Shown in pieces: positions 36,872-41,786 of a stretch of DNA of 41,786 bases. The stretch lies in contig JAGLYY010000002.1 in NCBI GenBank assembly GCA_023131935.1, positions 1-41,786 of the forward strand, in the 5' to 3' direction. Both the position numbers and the translations under genes were made by a program. This stretch comes from Spirochaetales bacterium (GTDB lineage: Bacteria > Spirochaetota > Spirochaetia > JAGLYY01). Position 1 is the first letter of the stretch. Every line of letters begins with the position of its first letter. The notes under the pieces are model-generated. The model was not told the origin of the DNA. It saw only the letters and a list, made by a program, of their open reading frames with translations, and ran no database searches.

Positions 36872-37291
36872 CTACCTGAGCACTATATTGACCTGGGTGA
36901 ATTGATTGGAAATAGCCCGGGTCATCAGATCATAACTCATCTGATTCTGAAGAGCGAGCATCATCTCTTCCTCAATATCCACATTATTACCGTTATTCTT
37001 CGATGTCGTAAGGTAATCCAACACCCTCCGTGGCCTCACATCCCGGTAATCCATGGTTTTTTCAAATGGTATATGCCGGGAATTCGTCATGGCAGCTTTC
37101 AGTCTCCCCGATAGCTGTTCAGAGGCAAGGGCCCGTCTGAGCTGAGACTCAAAGTTCACCGTCGACCGCTTGAAATTAGGAGTATCGGAATTCGCGATGT
37201 TGTCCGCGATCACCTGTCTTCGCAGGCTGTTCACATCCATGGTGCGGTGGAGAATATCTACTGTCTTACCAAAACTGTTATTTAAAAACAT
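36872..37291 (-). CDS. flgB: Flagellar proximal rod protein FlgB
   Basis: ...LRRQVIADNIANSDTPNFKR... is the FlgB signature. I prefer the ATG at 37291 (MFLNNSFGK...). The ORF track starts at the upstream GTG, 37306. Confidence 0.92.
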   Translation of the reverse strand: MFLNNSFGKTVDILHRTMDVNSLRRQVIADNIANSDTPNFKRSTVNFESQLRRALASEQLSGRLKAAMTNSRHIPFEKTMDYRDVRPRRVLDYLTTSKNNGNNVDIEEEMMLALQNQMSYDLMTRAISNQFTQVNIVLR

Positions 37292-37359
37292 GGTGTTTGT
37301 TTCCACCTCCTCTCTATCTTCCTAGAATCGGCGGTTCTCTTCCCTCCTCTTAGGAAAAC

Positions 37360-38703
37360 CTAAAGAATATATTGGGACAGGTCCTGGTCCTCAAGGACAT
37401 CGGAAAGCCTTTCATCCACATACTCCCGGGTAATAGTTACCTCCTGCCCTTTCATCTCAGGGGCATTATAAGAAATATCTTCCAAAAGCAGCTCCAGAAT
37501 GGTATGCAGCCGCCGGGCACCAATATTCTCCTGTTTCCCGTTTACCTCCGCGGCAATCTCACTGATCCTTTTGATTGCTTCATCGGTAAATATCATCTTT
37601 ACCCCTTCGGTTTTCAGGAGTTCAATATACTGGGTGGTCAAAGCGTTTTTCGGCTGGGTAAGGATCTTCTCAAATTCCTCTGCTCCCAAGTCCTCAAGCT
37701 CTACCCTCAGGGGAAACCGCCCCTGGAGCTCCGGAATAAGGTCTGAGGGTTTCGAGATATGAAACGCCCCGGCGGCAATAAAGAGGATGTGAGAAGTATC
37801 CACTATTCCATGTTTGGTATTCACCTTCGATCCTTCAACGATCGGCAGGATGTCACGCTGTACCCCCTCCCGGGAGATATCAGTACCACTCCGCCCCTCT
37901 TTTGAGGCAACCTTGTCTATTTCATCAATGAAGATGATGCCCATCTGCTCTACCCGCTCCCGGGCCATTTCCGCTACCCGTTCACTATCCACAAGTTTAT
38001 CCATCTCCTCGGCAAGGATGATTTCCCGGGCCCGATTAATCGGCACACTTTTCTTTTTTTTCTTCCCTCCGAAAAGGCTTGAAAAATTACCAAGATTAAC
38101 ATCCAACTCCTCGAAACTGGTGCCGGGAAATATCTCAATTTGAGGAAAGCCGGGGCGCTGAATGCTGATCTCCACCATCTTATCCTCGAGTTTTCCATCG
38201 CGGAGTCGCCGGCGGAATTTTTCCCGGGTATCCGTGGGTTCTGTGATTTCTGCTACCTCGGTTTTCTTACCCTTGGTGATCCCGGGGAGCAGGAGATCGA
38301 GAATAACCTCTTCGGTACGTTTCTCCGCTTCTTCCCGGACCTTCTCCTCGAGTTCCCGTTTTACCAGGGAAACTCCGATGCTCATGAGGTCACGAATCAT
38401 GGACTCCACATCCCGGCCGACATACCCCACTTCGGTGAATTTTGTTGCTTCCACTTTCAGGAAAGGGGCGCCGCTGAGTTTCGAGAGCCTCCGGGCTATT
38501 TCAGTTTTTCCAACCCCGGTAGGGCCGATCATGATAATATTTTTCGGGGCGACCTCCTCACGAAGATCATCGGGGAGAAGCTGCCTCCTCCTCCGGTTTC
38601 GCAGGGCGATTGCCACCGATTTTTTTGCTTTATCCTGTCCCACGATGTAGCGGTCAAGCTCCGCGACTATCTGTTTCGGGGTCAGGTAATCAAGATCATT
38701 CAT
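37360..38703 (-). CDS. hslU: ATP-dependent protease ATPase subunit HslU (ClpY)
   Basis: [27 protein letters not shown], Walker [16 protein letters not shown], Walker [10 protein letters not shown]. The ATG at 38703 has GGAGG upstream and overlaps the hslV stop by 8 nt. The ORF track begins at 38730. Confidence 0.96.
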   Translation of the reverse strand: MNDLDYLTPKQIVAELDRYIVGQDKAKKSVAIALRNRRRRQLLPDDLREEVAPKNIIMIGPTGVGKTEIARRLSKLSGAPFLKVEATKFTEVGYVGRDVESMIRDLMSIGVSLVKRELEEKVREEAEKRTEEVILDLLLPGITKGKKTEVAEITEPTDTREKFRRRLRDGKLEDKMVEISIQRPGFPQIEIFPGTSFEELDVNLGNFSSLFGGKKKKKSVPINRAREIILAEEMDKLVDSERVAEMARERVEQMGIIFIDEIDKVASKEGRSGTDISREGVQRDILPIVEGSKVNTKHGIVDTSHILFIAAGAFHISKPSDLIPELQGRFPLRVELEDLGAEEFEKILTQPKNALTTQYIELLKTEGVKMIFTDEAIKRISEIAAEVNGKQENIGARRLHTILELLLEDISYNAPEMKGQEVTITREYVDERLSDVLEDQDLSQYIL

Positions 38704-39232
38704 GAACTTCCTCCACAACAAGCTGCGCATTGGTGTATATACAGATTTTTGAGGCGATCTTCAGGGAGCGCTCAGCAATTTCCCTGGCGCCATACTCTGA
38801 GGATTCGAGGTAGGCAAGGGCTGCCGCGTAGGCGTAGGATCCGCCGGAACCGATGGCAATCGCCCCTTCGTCAGGTTCTACCACGTCTCCGGTCCCGGAA
38901 ATGAGCAGGAGCTTGCTGTAATTCGCAACGAGCAGCATTGCCTCCAGACGCCTTAATATCTTATCAGTCCGCCAATCTTTGGCAAGCTCTACCGCTGCCC
39001 GGGTAATATCTCCCTTATGGACCTTCACCTTACCTTCAAATCGCTCAAAGAGGGTAAAGGCATCGGCGGTGGCACCGGCAAAACCCACAAGGACCTTTCC
39101 ATCGTAAATGGTCCGTACTTTCCGGGCGGTACCTTTCATCACGGTATTTCCCAGGGTAACCTGCCCATCTCCAGCCATCGCGACAACATTATCTTTTTTT
39201 ACCGCAAGTACGGTTGTTCCTCTGAAACTCAA
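38696..39232 (-). CDS. hslV: ATP-dependent protease subunit HslV (ClpQ)
   Basis: N-terminal catalytic Thr context [26 protein letters not shown], proteasome beta-like. Confidence 0.95.
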   Translation of the reverse strand: MSFRGTTVLAVKKDNVVAMAGDGQVTLGNTVMKGTARKVRTIYDGKVLVGFAGATADAFTLFERFEGKVKVHKGDITRAAVELAKDWRTDKILRRLEAMLLVANYSKLLLISGTGDVVEPDEGAIAIGSGGSYAYAAALAYLESSEYGAREIAERSLKIASKICIYTNAQLVVEEVHE

Positions 39233-40140
39233 GAGTTCCTCCTTCTCCCTCCGTGGGGATGGGCTTGTTCAAACACCCTTCTGAGCTTTTCGGTACCCAT
39301 ATGGGTATAAATCTGAGTGGTAGAGAGGCTCGAGTGACCGAGCATCTCCTGAACAATCCTGATATCTGCCCCGTGGTTCAGGATGTGCGTGGCAAATGTG
39401 TGCCTGAATGTGTGAGGGCTTACCCGTTTATTTAAGGTGCTTTTTTCCAGGTATCCATCGATTATGTAGGTTATTCCCCTCTGAGTCAGTCTGCATCCCC
39501 GGACATTTATGATCAAACACCGCATTGCATCGGGATCATCCTTGTTTACATGATGTTCCCGCAGGGGGAGATACACCCCAAGGGCGTCCATAGCGCCCCG
39601 GCCGAGAAATACTAATCGATCTTTTCCCCCCTTCCCCAGGACCATGATGGTCCTCCGGGAAAGGTCCACATCCTTATAATCTATTCCCACCAGTTCCGAG
39701 ACCCGGCATCCGGTTGAGTAAAGCATTTCAAAGATAAGCCGGTCCCGGATACCTTGAAAATCCTTTCCGGTCATACCTATTATCTCCTGTATTTCCTTCT
39801 CCGAAAGAACATCAGGCAATCTTCTTGCCTTTTTAAACCCCCGTATCTCTTCAAAGGGGTTTGATATTACCTGCCCCTCTTTTATAAGATATCGATAAAA
39901 CCCTTTAATCGCCGACAGCATCCGGTTGCATGTTGCTACCGAAAGCCCTTCCCGGGTAAGGGAGGCGATGAACGCTCTCACCAGGGTGATGGGGATAATG
40001 AATCCCTCGACCGCCTCCTCAAGGAGAAATCTATAGAACCGCTCAAGGTCCTGCCGGTAAGCAGTAACCGTGGCCTCAGAAAGACCCCTGGTACTCATGA
40101 GCTTGCTCAGGTAGCTGTCAATCACCTCTCTACTCTCCAT
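39229..40140 (-). CDS. xerC: Tyrosine site-specific recombinase XerC/XerD family (CodV-like position)
   Basis: N-terminal SAM-like domain and the catalytic region ...[10 protein letters not shown]...[38 protein letters not shown]. It overlaps the hslV start (ATGA-type, 4 nt). Confidence 0.9.
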   Translation of the reverse strand: MESREVIDSYLSKLMSTRGLSEATVTAYRQDLERFYRFLLEEAVEGFIIPITLVRAFIASLTREGLSVATCNRMLSAIKGFYRYLIKEGQVISNPFEEIRGFKKARRLPDVLSEKEIQEIIGMTGKDFQGIRDRLIFEMLYSTGCRVSELVGIDYKDVDLSRRTIMVLGKGGKDRLVFLGRGAMDALGVYLPLREHHVNKDDPDAMRCLIINVRGCRLTQRGITYIIDGYLEKSTLNKRVSPHTFRHTFATHILNHGADIRIVQEMLGHSSLSTTQIYTHMGTEKLRRVFEQAHPHGGRRRNS

Positions 40141-41161
40141 TTAAGGACCTCCCGCGTTGGCGGTCATGGCGAATGGGGGAAGCCCCTGCCCTTCTAACTC
40201 CTCCCGAAGGAGCCTGGCAAGGAGCTTTCCGGTCTGCCTGGAATTGAGCCCCCCCGGGGATTTGTCCCCAGTTGGATTTCAGAAAGACCCCCCACTCTTT
40301 TAGAATATCTTCCATTCCCTCAACTACCATTGCGCCCGCGACGGCGTACTTTCGTCCCCCGGCTCCCGCGGACCCTGCAAGACCATCGCGATGCACAAAC
40401 AGATCTCTCCCTTGTTCAAGGGCAAAATCGGCTGTTATGAGTGCCCCCGACTTTTCCGGAGCCTCCACTACGACAGATCCCCGGGAGAGGCCGCTGATCA
40501 GCCTGTTTCTTTTCGGAAAGTTGTACCGCAGAGGGGGTGTTTCCGGAGGAAATTCGCTCATTATGCACCCCCCAGAAAGAAGGATCTGCCGGCCAAGGGA
40601 CCTGTTTGCACCGGGGTATATAGCGCTCACTCCGTTACCAAGGACGGCAACAGTCTTTCCATCCCCTCTTAATGCCCCCTCATGGGCTTCCGCGTCTATC
40701 CCCAGAGCAAGGCCCGAAACCACTGTTAAACCCGCCTTCGCGGCTTCAAAACCCAGCCGCAGCGCGGCTTTTCGGCCCGCTCCCGTTGGGTATCTTGTTC
40801 CTACAATCCCTAGAGCGGGAACTTCATTATCAGGAAGGATCCCCCGGTAATATAGTAAAAAGGGTGGATCGTATATTTCTCTCAGCAGAGGAGGAAATTC
40901 CTGGTCCCAGTACCATGTCCAGGAAATCCCCTCCCGGGCATCCATTTCGAGGTCCTCTGTCCCACAACGGAGAAGATTCCGAGGGTCCCAGGTCAGCGTT
41001 TTCAGTTTCCGTCCGACAATTTCACTGAGGCAGGAAAGAGAAAGGGCCGCAAACTGCTCATTCCCTGTAATCAAATCAGAAAGGAGCAATTTTTCCCTGG
41101 TAGATAAGAATCCGATCCGGTGAATGGCGAAAAGGACAGACTTAAGGACCTTCAAAACCAC
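40130..41161 (-). CDS. dprA: DNA-processing protein DprA (Smf)
   Basis: Rossmann-like core GIVGTRYPTGAGRKAA...VVSGLALGIDAEAHEGAL...TVAVLGNGV..IYP..N..L...I...GG.IMSEFPP......NFPKRNRLISGLS.G.VVVEA..KSGALITA. The C-terminal ~55 aa is low-complexity. Confidence 0.9.
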   Translation of the reverse strand: MVLKVLKSVLFAIHRIGFLSTREKLLLSDLITGNEQFAALSLSCLSEIVGRKLKTLTWDPRNLLRCGTEDLEMDAREGISWTWYWDQEFPPLLREIYDPPFLLYYRGILPDNEVPALGIVGTRYPTGAGRKAALRLGFEAAKAGLTVVSGLALGIDAEAHEGALRGDGKTVAVLGNGVSAIYPGANRSLGRQILLSGGCIMSEFPPETPPLRYNFPKRNRLISGLSRGSVVVEAPEKSGALITADFALEQGRDLFVHRDGLAGSAGAGGRKYAVAGAMVVEGMEDILKEWGVFLKSNWGQIPGGAQFQADRKAPCQAPSGGVRRAGASPIRHDRQRGRSLNGE

Positions 41162-41786
41162 CCTCCTCGATCCAGGCCCTGTTTTTCAAAGCCTGTTCCT
41201 TCTTCGCGGGATCCGCGGTATTTTCAATAATCCGGTCGTAGAGATCCAGGGCTGCCTGGCTTTTGCCCAGGGTAAGATAAACCCGGGCAAGGAGGAACAT
41301 GGCATCGAAGTTGTACTGCTCTTTCTCCATGATCCTTACTAAATAAGGGATCGCCATCTCTCCCTCTTCAAATTCAAAAATATACAGTACCGACAGAGCG
41401 TAGAGGGCATCGACATACCGGGAATCTAGACTTAGCGCAGCCTCTTGCAGCCTTTCTGCCTCCCGGTAGAGATCCTCCCGGTCCCCGCTGTCCATCTTCG
41501 CTTTCACGAGGTTGGCTGAACAAACCCCCGCGTAGTAATAGAGGATGGGATTTGCCGGATAAACATCCATGGCAAATTGTAACTGCTCGAGAGCAAGACC
41601 ATACATCTCATTATCCATGTAGGCAGTAGCCAGCATTTTATAATACACCCCGAGCTGTGCTGCGGCTTCAAGCTTTTCCTCGACGATCCCCTTGTACTTT
41701 TTTATAGTCTCTTTCAGTTCTTCAATACGCTCTTCCGATGCCTCCTGACCTGAATACTGTGAATCATCCAATTTAAGGAGCCGTTC
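41142..41786 (-). CDS. TPR-repeat protein (reading frame still open at the window edge, so the start is uncertain)
   Basis: Repeated A/Y/L-rich 34-aa-like units (...LGVYYKMLATAYMDNEMYGLALEQLQFAMDVYPANP..., ...LARVYLTLGKSQAALDLYDRII...). The ORF-track start at 41771 is a TTG, and the frame continues with no stop to base 41786. Confidence 0.7.
   Translation of the reverse strand, partial: ERLLKLDDSQYSGQEASEERIEELKETIKKYKGIVEEKLEAAAQLGVYYKMLATAYMDNEMYGLALEQLQFAMDVYPANPILYYYAGVCSANLVKAKMDSGDREDLYREAERLQEAALSLDSRYVDALYALSVLYIFEFEEGEMAIPYLVRIMEKEQYNFDAMFLLARVYLTLGKSQAALDLYDRIIENTADPAKKEQALKNRAWIEEGGFEGP

Noticed and set aside
38054-38061. T8 tract (poly-Lys KKKK) inside hslU.
   Set aside because: It is in frame and located in the variable I-domain of HslU. 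The ORF is intact on both sides, so this is an ordinary lysine-rich linker.
40130-40300. Low-complexity G/R/A/Q-rich C-terminal ~55 aa of DprA overlapping the xerC start, considered as a frameshift or novel domain.
   Set aside because: The DprA Rossmann core is complete and the frame is continuous. DprA C-termini are variable, and I cannot show a frameshift without a reference orthologue.

Overview
This window is mostly a spirochaete-type flagellar and motility super-operon on the minus strand. It runs about 12.5-37.3 kb, in transcription order flgB-flgC-fliE-fliF-fliG-fliH-fliI-fliJ-flbB-fliK-flgD-flgE-flbD-motA-motB-fliL-fliM-fliY-fliO-fliP-fliQ-fliR-flhB-flhA-flhF-flhG-(hyp)-fliA. On the same strand it is preceded by TPR-dprA-xerC/codV-hslV-hslU. 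It is followed by FapA(DUF342), two uncharacterised genes and a complete CheA-class kinase.

The gene order matches what I recall of the Borrelia flgB operon. FlgE carries Lys165 and Cys178 at exactly the positions reported for the Treponema lysinoalanine hook cross-link. I therefore read this as a Spirochaetia chromosome of roughly 50% G+C (by eye).

The left 7 kb holds the 3' part of secA (+), a LysM/M23 peptidase (-), and a class-B PBP translationally coupled to a DUF115/Maf-type protein (+).

The only clearly accessory DNA is an AT-rich insertion of about 0.7 kb at 7.1-7.8 kb. It splits the terminator shared by the converging maf-like gene and cheA and is bounded by an exact 22-bp direct repeat. 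It carries a C-terminally truncated HUH (IS200/RAYT-like) transposase ORF, which contains a perfect 37-nt palindrome and an in-frame 3 x 21-bp tandem repeat.

I found no rRNA, tRNA, CRISPR array or recognisable defence system. I see no convincing wholly new multi-gene system. The best candidates for undescribed biology are:
- the fliA-distal FapA / small protein / TM-HTH / CheA module
- the PBP-Maf coupling
- the repeat-laden HUH remnant

All homology calls come from reading the translated ORFs by eye. No database search was possible.
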